A stretch of DNA of 64,000 bases. It comes from Chloropicon primus. Its lineage: Eukaryota. A program made the position numbers and the translations under genes. Location of the stretch: the NCBI GenBank assembly GCA_023205875.1, contig CP060757.1:496001-560000 (forward strand), in the 5' to 3' direction. The notes beneath the pieces were generated by a model. That model did no database searches, was not told the origin of the DNA, and was given only the letters and a program-made list of their open reading frames with translations. Positions 42,177 to 52,163 of this stretch are shown piece after piece (position 1 is the first letter of the stretch; each line of letters begins with the position of its first letter).

Positions 42177-42213
42177 TTTAGGGTTTTTAGGTTTTTAGGT
42201 TCTTAGGTTTTAG
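42177..42213 (+). repeat. Short interstitial telomere-like repeat (TTTAGGG, TTTTTAGG x2, TTCTTAGG, TTTTAG)
   Basis: Read directly from the sequence. Confidence 0.6.
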
Positions 42214-43303
42214 TGAGTTTTCGTGACGAGAGAAAAGAGAGAAAGGTTTAGTAGTCGACGTCGTCGGTTTGCGTCGTCGTCGTGTGTTGAGGGGGGGGGC
42301 AGAGAGGGGAGTAGTGCACATGGTCTTGTTCTCTTCTTCTTCTTCACGCGCGGGGTTGTTCTGAGGCAGGAAAAGGGAGGAGTGCTTTTCGTGTAGTGTT
42401 TGCTTTGTGAGACTTCCCAAGGGGCACCTCCCCCAAAAAAAGCGCTCGGAGAGATTCCCGTGAAAGCCTCCGTCATCCTCGTTCTCGTGTTCTCGTGTTC
42501 TCGTGTTCTTGGGTTATTCAAGTCCACGGTAAAACCAACAAGGAACTCGTCTCTCTCCTCTCCCTTGGTTGTGGTTGTCGGCTTGTCACACAATTGGTGT
42601 TTCTCTTGTGACTAAATAACATAAAACCTAAAGGGGTAAAGGAGTAAAAGTGACTGAGTGGTAAGGGGGTATTGCTCGTACGAACTCCTACTCCTACTCC
42701 TACTGTAGGACGACTCTCTTGGTCTTGTTCTTTGGACCAGACCATCACAACACACCAAGGAGTTCAGTTTCTTTGCTCTCTTCTCTTCTCTTTGTCTTTT
42801 GTTTTTTTGTCGCTCGCTGCCTTTGCCTTTGCCTTTGCCTTTGCCTTTGCCTTTGCCTCGTGTGGTGGTTTTCATCGAGGACCTTGTTGGAGGTTGAAGG
42901 AGCCCTGTGCGACTTGGACAACAAGGGACACAAGGGAAGGCGAAAGGCTTGACCCTTACACGAGGAACTTGTGCGCAATTGCACCTCACAAGTCACGCCA
43001 AGTTGCCTGACTTGCTTGCGTTGTGCATTTGGACCTTGCGCCTCGGGGTACGCTTTGAATTCGTTGTGTTCCTTTGGGGGAAGTGACGACCAACAGCCTC
43101 TCCTGGGGTGGTGGAGCGAAGGCTTGTCTGTGTGTCGGCACCTGAGGAGTAAAGCGTGGACGGGGCCTTGCTGATAATGATGCTATCTGTATAGAACGTC
43201 GCAATAGGAAGGCAGCACACGGAACAACACGCAGCAGCACGCGCACACACGTACGACGAGAGAGAACGGAGCAAGGGACGGTGAAAGAGAGCGAGACTGA
43301 ACC

Positions 43304-46246
43304 ATGGGTTGCGCTTCGAGTAAGCCCACCGTGGTGGAGACCAAGACCAAAGTTGAGGAAGATGACCCAATAAAGGAGGAGGAGAACGACAAGGTCCCAC
43401 CGCTGAAGAGAGAGAAGAAGAAGAGTAAAAGAATTTCTTTGTATGGTCGGGCAAAGAGGCTCAGGAGAAAGGGTGTGTCTGCCGAGTCTGAGCAAAAGAG
43501 GAAGGAGAGGAAGGTCGGTAGCATAGTATTCGAAGAGGATGACGCGCCCTTGCAGACGTACGAGAAGGACGAGAGCGTCATCAAGACGATGGAGGCCGCC
43601 CTCAAGAACCATTTCCTCTTTGCCAACATGACCGACGTCCTCCTGAGGGAGCTCGTGATGTGCTTCGAGAGGGAGGAGTTCCTGTCAGGGGACGTCATCC
43701 TCGAGCAAGGGGCTGAGTCGACCAAGGAGGACAAGATGTATCTGGTCCACGAAGGAACGGTAGAGATCTTCATAGACGCAAAGAAGAACGAAATAGAGAT
43801 GCCGCAGACGTACACACTGTCCGTGGACGCCAAGGACGAGCCCGAGGATGACCCCGAAGAGAAGAAGAAGAAGGTGAAGAGGTCGAAATTCAAGTCGCAG
43901 CTCCTCGTCATCAACTCGGCCCAAGGGAAGACAAAGGTAGCAGAAAAGGGTCCAGGAGAGATATTCGGTGACATCGCTTTGCTGTTCGCCGGGCCAAGGT
44001 CGGCCTCTGTTCACGCGCAGTCCGAGGACCTGGTTCTCTTTTCTCTGAATAGGAGAGCCTTCACGAAACTCGTCGTGAAGAACTCTGGAGGCACGGAGAG
44101 CATTAGGTTCCTGAGGGAGATTCCTCTTTTGCACACCCTTTCTGACAACACCCTTGGCGAGCTCTCGAATAGAATGATCATAGAGAAGCACAACCACAGG
44201 GATGTTGTGATAGAGGCAGGCGGAGTCGGAGACAGTCTGCTCATCATAGAAAGTGGGCACGTGGTAGTGAGAAAAGACTTGCCCGATGGGTCTCAGATCG
44301 AGGTCATGCGCTACGGAAGAGGTGAATTCATCGGAGAAAGGTCGCTGATGACAGGCCAGATTAGAACGGCGGACTGCGTGGCGGAGGGCGATGTGCAGAT
44401 TCTCAAGCTCATGAAGGAGGACTTCCTGGTGATGAAGCCTTTGATTCACGACATTATGAAGGAGCACATGATCTTCACAGGCTTGAAGGACATGCCCCTC
44501 ACGACGGACTTGACTGAGGACCAGATCGAGGTCATCGTCCCACTGTTCGAGGAGGACCATTACATGGAGGGAGACGAGGTTTTGCTGACCGGAGACAAGT
44601 CAGACAAGGTGTACATTGTGGAATCCGGTGAGATAGAGGGCGTCTCCAGCAGCGGAGAAATGACAAAGAAGCTTGCGTTCGACTATTTCTCGGAAAACAG
44701 CATTCTGGACACGACGACGTCTGACATCACTTACACCGTCAAGTCGGACAACGCCGTGTGCTTTTGCTTGCATAGGGAGGACTTCGAGGACAAGCTCGGG
44801 CGACTCGAGACGGTGATCAGAAACAACTCCTTGATGGCGAAGCTGAGGAAGTCTCCTGCCCTTGCTGTCCTTTCCGAGTCAGAGCTGGAGAGTCTGCAGA
44901 CTGATTTCCAGAGAGAAGTGTACGAGGATGGAGAAGTTATTGTAAAACAAGGCGAGAAGGGTGAGAAGTTCTACATCCTGCTGGAAGGAGAGGTCGTGGT
45001 AACCAAGGAAGACAAGAAAGCGAAGACTATCACGGAGGTCGTGAGACTTAGTGAGGGAGATCAGTTTGGGGAGAGGGCTTTGCTGTTTTCGGAGACCAGG
45101 GCAGCCAATGTGATCGCATCCAAGGAGCCGACAATTGTATTAGCACTTAGTCGAGACGCTTTCGAAGCAAAATTGGGTAGTCTCAAGGAGATTATGGAGG
45201 CCGAGGTGAAGGCACAGGAAGCGAAGTCCAAGGAAGTGGCAGTCCGTTTCTGTGATCTTGAATTGGCAAAGGTATTGGGTTCTGGACAGTTTGGAAGCGT
45301 TTGCGTCTGCAAGCAGAAGTACACTGGCCATCTTTATGCTCTCAAGAAAATTCCGAAGAACATGGTCATTAGCCTGGGGCAGTTTGACCACGTGGAGAAC
45401 GAGCGAGACGTGATGACCAAGTGCCAGAGTCCCTTCCTGGTGAGGCTCTACAGAGCCTTCCACGACTACGAGAACCTTTTCATGGTCCTCGAGCTCGTGC
45501 CGGGTGGAGAGCTCTTCCATCTCTTGGACTTGGAAGGAAGGTTCACCGAGTCGGCTGTGAAGTTCTTTGCTGCCAGTGTAATCCTTGGGTTCAGGGCAAT
45601 GCACTCTCAAGGCATAGTGTACAGAGACCTGAAGCCCGAGAACTTGCTGCTTGATGCTGAGGGGTACCTGAAGATATGCGATTTTGGATTTGCGAAGCAC
45701 GTCGGAAGTGGCAAGACCTTTACTTTCTGTGGCACGCCAGATTATCAGGCGCCAGAGATCATCAAGAGGGTGGGTCACTCTTATGCGGCGGACTACTGGG
45801 CGCTTGGTGTGCTGATATATGAGCTCATGATAGGAGATGCCCCCTTTACCCCCGAGGACGATGACCCAAGGGGAACCTACAAGAACATCTTGCAAGGAAA
45901 CTTCAAGATTCCGACCTGGATCTCTAACCAAGCGGCTGACATCATTGCCAAGCTGCTGACTCAGGCTCCAGAGAAGCGCCTTGGGTGCGGAAGGAATGGA
46001 ATAAAGGAAATCATGCAGCATCCTTGGTTCCGTGGCTTTGACTGGGCCAAGCTGGAAAGGAGGAAGATGACCCCACCTATCAAACCTCAGATGGCGGATG
46101 AGTTTGACCTCTCCAACTTTGAGGAGGTGGAAGACGATTCTGAGTACACAAGGCTCGCAGTGAAAGAGGACTCGGAGATGCTTCAGAGGTGCCTCCAAGA
46201 CGAGAAGCTGTGGGAGAAATGGGACTCAATAGATGCTGAGACTTAA
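43304..46246 (+). CDS. cGMP-dependent protein kinase with four cyclic-nucleotide-binding domains
   Basis: MGC N-terminus; FGDIALL...RSA, IGERSL...RTA and FGERALL...RAA cassettes; GSGQFG, YRDLKPEN, DFGFAK, TFCGTPDY. Confidence 0.92.
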   Translation: MGCASSKPTVVETKTKVEEDDPIKEEENDKVPPLKREKKKSKRISLYGRAKRLRRKGVSAESEQKRKERKVGSIVFEEDDAPLQTYEKDESVIKTMEAALKNHFLFANMTDVLLRELVMCFEREEFLSGDVILEQGAESTKEDKMYLVHEGTVEIFIDAKKNEIEMPQTYTLSVDAKDEPEDDPEEKKKKVKRSKFKSQLLVINSAQGKTKVAEKGPGEIFGDIALLFAGPRSASVHAQSEDLVLFSLNRRAFTKLVVKNSGGTESIRFLREIPLLHTLSDNTLGELSNRMIIEKHNHRDVVIEAGGVGDSLLIIESGHVVVRKDLPDGSQIEVMRYGRGEFIGERSLMTGQIRTADCVAEGDVQILKLMKEDFLVMKPLIHDIMKEHMIFTGLKDMPLTTDLTEDQIEVIVPLFEEDHYMEGDEVLLTGDKSDKVYIVESGEIEGVSSSGEMTKKLAFDYFSENSILDTTTSDITYTVKSDNAVCFCLHREDFEDKLGRLETVIRNNSLMAKLRKSPALAVLSESELESLQTDFQREVYEDGEVIVKQGEKGEKFYILLEGEVVVTKEDKKAKTITEVVRLSEGDQFGERALLFSETRAANVIASKEPTIVLALSRDAFEAKLGSLKEIMEAEVKAQEAKSKEVAVRFCDLELAKVLGSGQFGSVCVCKQKYTGHLYALKKIPKNMVISLGQFDHVENERDVMTKCQSPFLVRLYRAFHDYENLFMVLELVPGGELFHLLDLEGRFTESAVKFFAASVILGFRAMHSQGIVYRDLKPENLLLDAEGYLKICDFGFAKHVGSGKTFTFCGTPDYQAPEIIKRVGHSYAADYWALGVLIYELMIGDAPFTPEDDDPRGTYKNILQGNFKIPTWISNQAADIIAKLLTQAPEKRLGCGRNGIKEIMQHPWFRGFDWAKLERRKMTPPIKPQMADEFDLSNFEEVEDDSEYTRLAVKEDSEMLQRCLQDEKLWEKWDSIDAET

Positions 46247-46303
46247 AAGAAAAAAAGTATACAAACATGGTAACAAATTATATAAAAGGGCTTTCGTGAT
46301 TCA

Positions 46304-47533
46304 TTACGAATTCTGCTTCATCATAAAAAGGGTCGCGTTCGGGACGAGGCCGGCTTCCTCCAGGGTCTTTCGCTCGTCGTTGTAGATCTGAGGTGGGAAG
46401 GCAGAGCGCAACACGTACTTGTCCTTGCCCCCCTTGTCCTGCCTGTGGCTGTTCAAGGCCTTCCTCACGTCCCGTATCGTTGCCCAGTACGGGAGCTTCA
46501 GCACGTACGTCTGCATGCCATCCTCTCTCTTGATCTGAATCACGGTCTTCGGCTCTTCCCGCCCTTCGTCCTCCTCTTCCTCGGAGAGGTCCTCGTCTAG
46601 CTTAGCCAGCGCTGCCATGTTCAGCTTCTGCGTGAAGAGCGAGTGGATCGCTGTCTTCTCGGGGACCACTTTCTCTTCGAGGTGGACGAGGGAGCCGATC
46701 TCCTCCCTCATTTGCACGATCTTGCCGTTTTGAATCACGGTTTTGGGGACTTTCTCCAAGAAGCTCTCCGTGGACGCCTCCTCCTCTTCCTTGTCGTCGA
46801 GATTGCCCAGCTGCCTAATGTTGGACCTCGGCTTGGGCTTGGGCTTCGAAACCACTGCTGGCTTTTCTTCCTGGACGGTGGACTGCTCGTAAGTCTGGTC
46901 GTCGTTGACGACCAAAAGTATCTTCACCCCTTCGGGATAATCTCCCTTGAGCTCCTGGGGGAAGTAGCCGTCAATCAGATCACGGATAACGAGCTGAGCC
47001 GTCTTGTCGCTGTATGGCCTGAAAGGCTTCCTGTTGAACGAGATCCCGTCCTTGAAAACCTTGAGAGTCACCCTTTCCCTCTTCTTTGCGCTCCTCTCCT
47101 CCCCCATCATCTCGTTAAGCTCCTTGACGCTCTTCTCCAGCAGTCGAATGTTTTCCTTCGGCAGGGTGATCTCTTTCCTGCTGCTACTGGCGCCCGCCCC
47201 GTTCGCCTGTCCGCCAGCTCGAGCGTCGCTGCTGCTGCTCCCACCCCATCCGCTACTCACTTTCTGACCCCCAATCCAGACCATGCCGTAATCGTTCAGG
47301 AAGGCTTTCATCTCTGCGATCTCCGCCCTCATCTCACTCACGTACTGCTTCATGCTATCGTCGCTCCTGGAACCAGGCGCATCCGTGCCCCTCTGCCCAT
47401 CTCGCAGTTGAGCCTTGAGCTCTCTTATTTCGTCATCCTTTCGCCTTATGCACTCCTTGGCCTGCTTCAGCTCCCTCTCCACCTTGTTCAGCCGAGACAG
47501 AACACTCGTGTTCAAGTTCGACCCATTCGCCAT
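46304..47533 (-). CDS. UBXN11-like protein (coiled coil + SEP + UBX)
   Basis: EMKAFLNDYGMVWIG, PFRPY......IRDLIDGYFPQEL...YPEGV, LRSAFPP......TLEEAGLVPNATL. Confidence 0.85.
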   Translation of the reverse strand: MANGSNLNTSVLSRLNKVERELKQAKECIRRKDDEIRELKAQLRDGQRGTDAPGSRSDDSMKQYVSEMRAEIAEMKAFLNDYGMVWIGGQKVSSGWGGSSSSDARAGGQANGAGASSSRKEITLPKENIRLLEKSVKELNEMMGEERSAKKRERVTLKVFKDGISFNRKPFRPYSDKTAQLVIRDLIDGYFPQELKGDYPEGVKILLVVNDDQTYEQSTVQEEKPAVVSKPKPKPRSNIRQLGNLDDKEEEEASTESFLEKVPKTVIQNGKIVQMREEIGSLVHLEEKVVPEKTAIHSLFTQKLNMAALAKLDEDLSEEEEDEGREEPKTVIQIKREDGMQTYVLKLPYWATIRDVRKALNSHRQDKGGKDKYVLRSAFPPQIYNDERKTLEEAGLVPNATLFMMKQNS

Positions 47534-48208
47534 CCTTCAACTCTTGACTCTCCTCGCACCCTCAACCTTCCATTCGCTCTCTTGTCCCACGCTCTTCCTC
47601 TTCCCTCCCTCTCTCCTCCTCCCTCGTCCAACACACGGAGTGGCCAAGGCCCTTCGCCCGTGTTCCAAAACCTCGGACGGTTGCTGATGTCGCCACGGGA
47701 CCCTGCCCTTGGTCTACCGTCCCGCTTCTGCCCGTCCTTGCCCTCCCTCTCTCGTCGCCCTCGTCCGCGTCCTCTCTCTCTCTCTCTCTCTCTACTTAAC
47801 AGAATACGACAACTCGAGTTTTGTAGGTTTTGTAGGACGCAGAGGAGGGGAGCGAACAAGGTTGGTGACGGGAAGAAGGTGGGAAGGGGACGCACGGATG
47901 GGCTACCGGTGGAAGCATCGTGTCGCGATCTTTCGAAAGAGCCGTCATTTGAAAGGAATGACGACGTGGTGAGGATTTGAGGAGTTTTTTTTGTCTGAAA
48001 CGAGTTCCTTTGCCTTGCTGATGCCAGCACTGCAGGAAGAGACAGAAGCAGAGAGGAGCTCGGAGGGAGGGAAAGGCCGTGCAAAGATGGCGTCTTGGTA
48101 CTCGGAGGTCTCGGTGATTGATACGTCTGTGCGCCAAATCTTGGGATTGTTGAGGTGAACGAGCCGCAGCAGTGCGCGGCGTGCTAGACGGATAAGTGTG
48201 AGGGACAG

Positions 48209-48397
48209 ATGTGGAAACGAAGGAAAGTGTTTCCCCTGGGTCTGGTCTTCGCGGGGTTTTTAGGGATTGCTTGCATCGTGGGACTGGATACTTATCCGAA
48301 AATGAGTCAGGCTGTGAATTACTCGCCACCAAAGCAGCAGCTGTGCACCGTTTCGAACAGGGATCCATCAAGGTGCGTGAACATAGTTTCTGATGCT

Positions 48398-48433
<36 letters not shown>

Positions 48434-49262
48434 AAGTTCGCCCCCTCCTGACGGTTTTCTTTGACTTTTTGCTTGCAATGACAGGGGCTGCGTGGAGGTG
48501 TCCCTCATGTACAACCCGTATGGGGAGGCCTGCGTCTTCAAGGGTGGCGACCCGACCACCAAGCTCGAAGGAATCGAGATGACCAAGTACCTGAACAAGT
48601 ACGACGTGGGGGCGCAGCACACTTGCTACCACCCCAAGGACGACGTCAGCCGGATCACTTTCGCCCATCCTCCTCGACCCGAGGGCCTGCTGCTGTCCTT
48701 TACGATTCTCCTCCCGTTCGTCCTTCTCGTTCTCCTTGGCACCGTTATGCTTGGGCACAAGCCTCGACCAAAGATTGAGACTATGGTGAAGCGGACGGAG
48801 AAGCTGATCGCGAGACACGACAAGAAGACGAAGAATCTGAACGAGGACAACTTGAAGGAGATTGCGACCCTCAAGGGCAAGATCGAAAGAGAGCAGGAAA
48901 AGCGGCTGCAGTTTGTGACAGAACTGACACAGGAAAGGGCAGAGAGACTCCGGCAGTATGACGACCTCAAGGACGATTTGATTCGGGACTTCTCCCGGGT
49001 GGAGGAGAAGCTTGGCCTCGAGGACGGCGTCATCCGCAAGAGCAGTGGCCTCTTGCCGATCCCTTCGCAATACAAGGGCAAGGGGTCCCGGGAGGAGAGA
49101 AAGGGAAAAGGCGGGAAGAAGACAAAAAGTGATTTTGGTGGACTCCTCGACACTGCGAAGCAATCAAAGAGGCGGCAGTCCACGGCGCTCGACGCTGAGA
49201 GACAGAGGCAGGACGATATCTTCAAGAAGAAGCTCGCGGAACGGAGGAAAAACAGGCTCTAG
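48209..49262 (+). CDS. Two-TM membrane protein with Cys-containing loop and C-terminal coiled coil (intron 48373-48484; 5' end uncertain)
   Basis: Two hydrophobic segments; the GTGCGT...ACAG intron joins ORFs 48209.. and 48492.. in frame. Confidence 0.65.
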
Positions 49263-49343
49263 TAGTCGCGTGATGGGGTCGCAGAGAGACCTTTGGGTTG
49301 GTTGGGGGGTCGTTTGTATAAGAATAAGAATAACTATGTATTA

Positions 49344-50197
49344 TTAGCTTTTGTTGCTTGTTGTACAGATAGATTGCTGAGCGGCCACGAATTCCTTCAC
49401 CTTCTCCCGGACCTCTCTCAGGGAAGGAATGCAGTGCCCTTGAGGGTGCAGCACAAACGTGCTCTCCTCCTCACCAAAGGACTGGAGCAGCTCCCTGGAC
49501 CTTTGCTCCACCACGAGTTGGTCGTTCTGCCCCGAGTAGTGCAAGGAAGGCAAACCCAGCTTCACCGAAAGCAGAGAATCTGCCAGAACTGGGTCTCTGG
49601 GCACGAAACCCCCGAAGAGTATGGCAAACTTGAACTGCTCGTGGTTCTGCACCTTTTTGCTCTCGATGGCAGCACAGAGGAGTGCGCTGGCTGCTGCACC
49701 CATGCTGAACCCCAGAACGCCGTCGAATGGCCCATCCCTCTCCAAGGCTTCCTCCAGCAAACCAAGGCTCCTTTCCCAACCCTCTGCGGACTTGGGCCAG
49801 GCAAGAGAAGAAGCAGTGATGTGGACGACGACGGACAGACGAATAGTCACAGTCAGAGGAGGTTTTTCAAGTTAACAAAAGCAGAAGAGATCTGCGAGAG
49901 CTGATTGTGGTGTGGTCTTACCTTTGATTCCCTCGGCGGACCGCCTTCAGAAGCGATCCACCACCCGTAGTACGACTGATCTTCCCCTTCCTTCCCTCCG
50001 CAGCTCTTTATCTCGTTCCCCTGCAAGTCCACCTTGATCTCGTGCGGTGCGTCAAGAAATACAAGGTCGCAGTGTTTCTTCAGCGCCTTCCTCAACGCAC
50101 CCGTCCTGCTTCGAAACACCTCCGCGTTCTGAAGGTACCCGTGCAACGCCAGCACCCTCAGCTTTCGCGTCCCGCTCGCCGTACCCACAGGAACCAT
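49344..50197 (-). CDS. FSH1/OVCA2 family serine hydrolase, 2 exons (intron about 49791-49921)
   Basis: LALHGYLQN, FLDAPH, GPFDGVLGFSMGA, PSLH..G..D, HPQGH.IP. Confidence 0.9.
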
Positions 50198-50862
50198 CCT
50201 GCCCGTCCTCTCCACCCGACAACAAACTCAAACTCTGCACCACCCTGAATTCTCCACAACGCACACGGCAAATCCAAGCAATGCGCAATGCCGACGCTGA
50301 GCTCAAGAGATTCACTACTCGACTCCTCCTTCCCACCTCAACCCCGGCACCCTCCTCTCGCAATCTCAATCTCAATCTCAATCTCTCTCTCTCTCTGTCT
50401 GTCCTCACCACAACGCCTCTTCCCTCGAGCGACGAGTCCAACGAAAGATCACGAAACGAAGATTCCGTTCGTGTCCTCCTCTCCCCCTCCCCCTCCCCTT
50501 CACCTCCGCCCTTGGCGATCGATCGATCCCTCTCCCTCTCCTCTCTCTCTCTCTCTCTCTCTCAGCTGCTGGTTGGTTCCCTTCTAGAGAGGAGAGTCTT
50601 GTGGCGAGGTGGCGAGTAAAGAGGTGAGGTTTTCGTCCTCGATGGAGGGCGAGGGCGAGGGCGAGGGCGTTGGGAGGGCGCGCAGGCGGCTGGAGAGAAA
50701 CTTTATCTTTCGATTCGACCGCTCGCTCGCTCGAAAGGGTTTCGTTTCGTTTGGTTCTCGTTTTTGAAACTGAACGAGTTTGTTTTTGTTTTTGTTTTTC
50801 CTTTGGGTCAACAGCCATAGCCTGGACGAGTGCGAGGAGGAAGTGGAGCTGCGGAGAGAGGT

Positions 50863-51456
50863 ATGGGGAAGCCTGACATTGCGTCCCTGGCGGTGGAGTA
50901 CCTGCAAGGCAGGATACAGAGTGCCAAGCTAGAAATAGGGAAGATCGAAAAGAAGATTTACGACGCAGAGGCAGAATACTTTTCGAGCGAGTCGAGCCAG
51001 ATGGGAACCCTTCTCAAGGTATGTGCGACGAGCTCGCGGGGTGGAGACGTGGGCTTGTGCCTTTGTGAGAATTTCCTGCGCGGGAAAGACACTGACGCGC
51101 CGAGGATTTTCCTGCTTTCCTTTTCTCTCTCTCTCTCTCTCTATCTATCTCCTGCTTTTCTGGGGTGCTGCTTCATCAATCAACAGGGTTACGAGGGCTT
51201 CCTGTCGTCAAAGGACAACTTAAGGAAGCGCGCGAGGACATTTAAGATCGAGGACAGACTCTTCTCTCTGTCTTCGCGCACCTCGCCGGCCGCCAAGGAG
51301 GAGGAGCGCGCGCTGGACGAGCACCAAAACTCAAAACGTGACAGAGACGAGGGTGGCTTGAGCAGAAGCAGGTCCTCGAGCAAGCTAGTAAAGAGGGCTC
51401 GCTCGAACAGAGAGTTCAAGCGCTCAAGCACGAACGATGGCATAGGCCGGTACTGA
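50863..51456 (+). CDS. EAF6: Chromatin modification protein EAF6 (NuA4/MYST subunit), 2 exons (intron 51019-51186)
   Basis: IEKKIYDAEAEYF...MGTLLK|GYEGFLSS...FKIEDRLFSLSSRTS. Confidence 0.9.
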   Translation: MGKPDIASLAVEYLQGRIQSAKLEIGKIEKKIYDAEAEYFSSESSQMGTLLKVCATSSRGGDVGLCLCENFLRGKDTDAPRIFLLSFSLSLSLYLSPAFLGCCFINQQGYEGFLSSKDNLRKRARTFKIEDRLFSLSSRTSPAAKEEERALDEHQNSKRDRDEGGLSRSRSSSKLVKRARSNREFKRSSTNDGIGRY

Positions 51457-52163
51457 ATAGGTCGAAAGAAGGGCGTCGCACGTCCTTCTTTCCAAGGAAA
51501 GGAAGGAAGCAAAGCAACCACAACCTTTGACCTTTGTTGACGAGTCCTTCCTAGCCTCGCAGCTCTTACCGTCTTCTGGTCGCGGTCGTTGTACACTAGA
51601 ATTATTTCAATTTGTTTGGACACGCCGGCACACTCGGCTTGGGTGTCTCCTCCTCGCTTGTTATATAGTTCCACTTGTATACTTCTCCCCTTGCTCTGCT
51701 GCTGAGATCTATCTATTTATGTCTGCCTCGCATCACCCGCGTCGTTCTCCGCACCCAACAAGCGGAACGAACCAACACGTCACTGCCACTTCGCGCATCC
51801 CCCACCGTGGTCAACCAAGCAACCATCCATTGTCCATTGTCCATCCATGAAGTCGTCTGCCCCTCCCTCTCCCTCGCTAATCTAAGAGATTGGATGGATG
51901 GCTCACAGCAAGCTCGAGCTCTGCAGCAGGCCAAGACACAGAGACGACTCGGAGCCCTGAGGCTGGGGAGAACGAGGCGGGGAAGGCAGCGAGTCCGCAA
52001 GGTTTGTGGTCGACTTGGGTGCTCGGCAGTGTCCCAGGTGGACGGGTGGTGGGCGCTTAGCGTAGCTGCACTGGTGGCTTGCAGCATCACGACATTCGCT
52101 CCTCCTACGCGTAGTGCAGCTAGGCGTGTTTCGTTGAGGGGGTGAGCAGGAGGCGGTCTCGCG

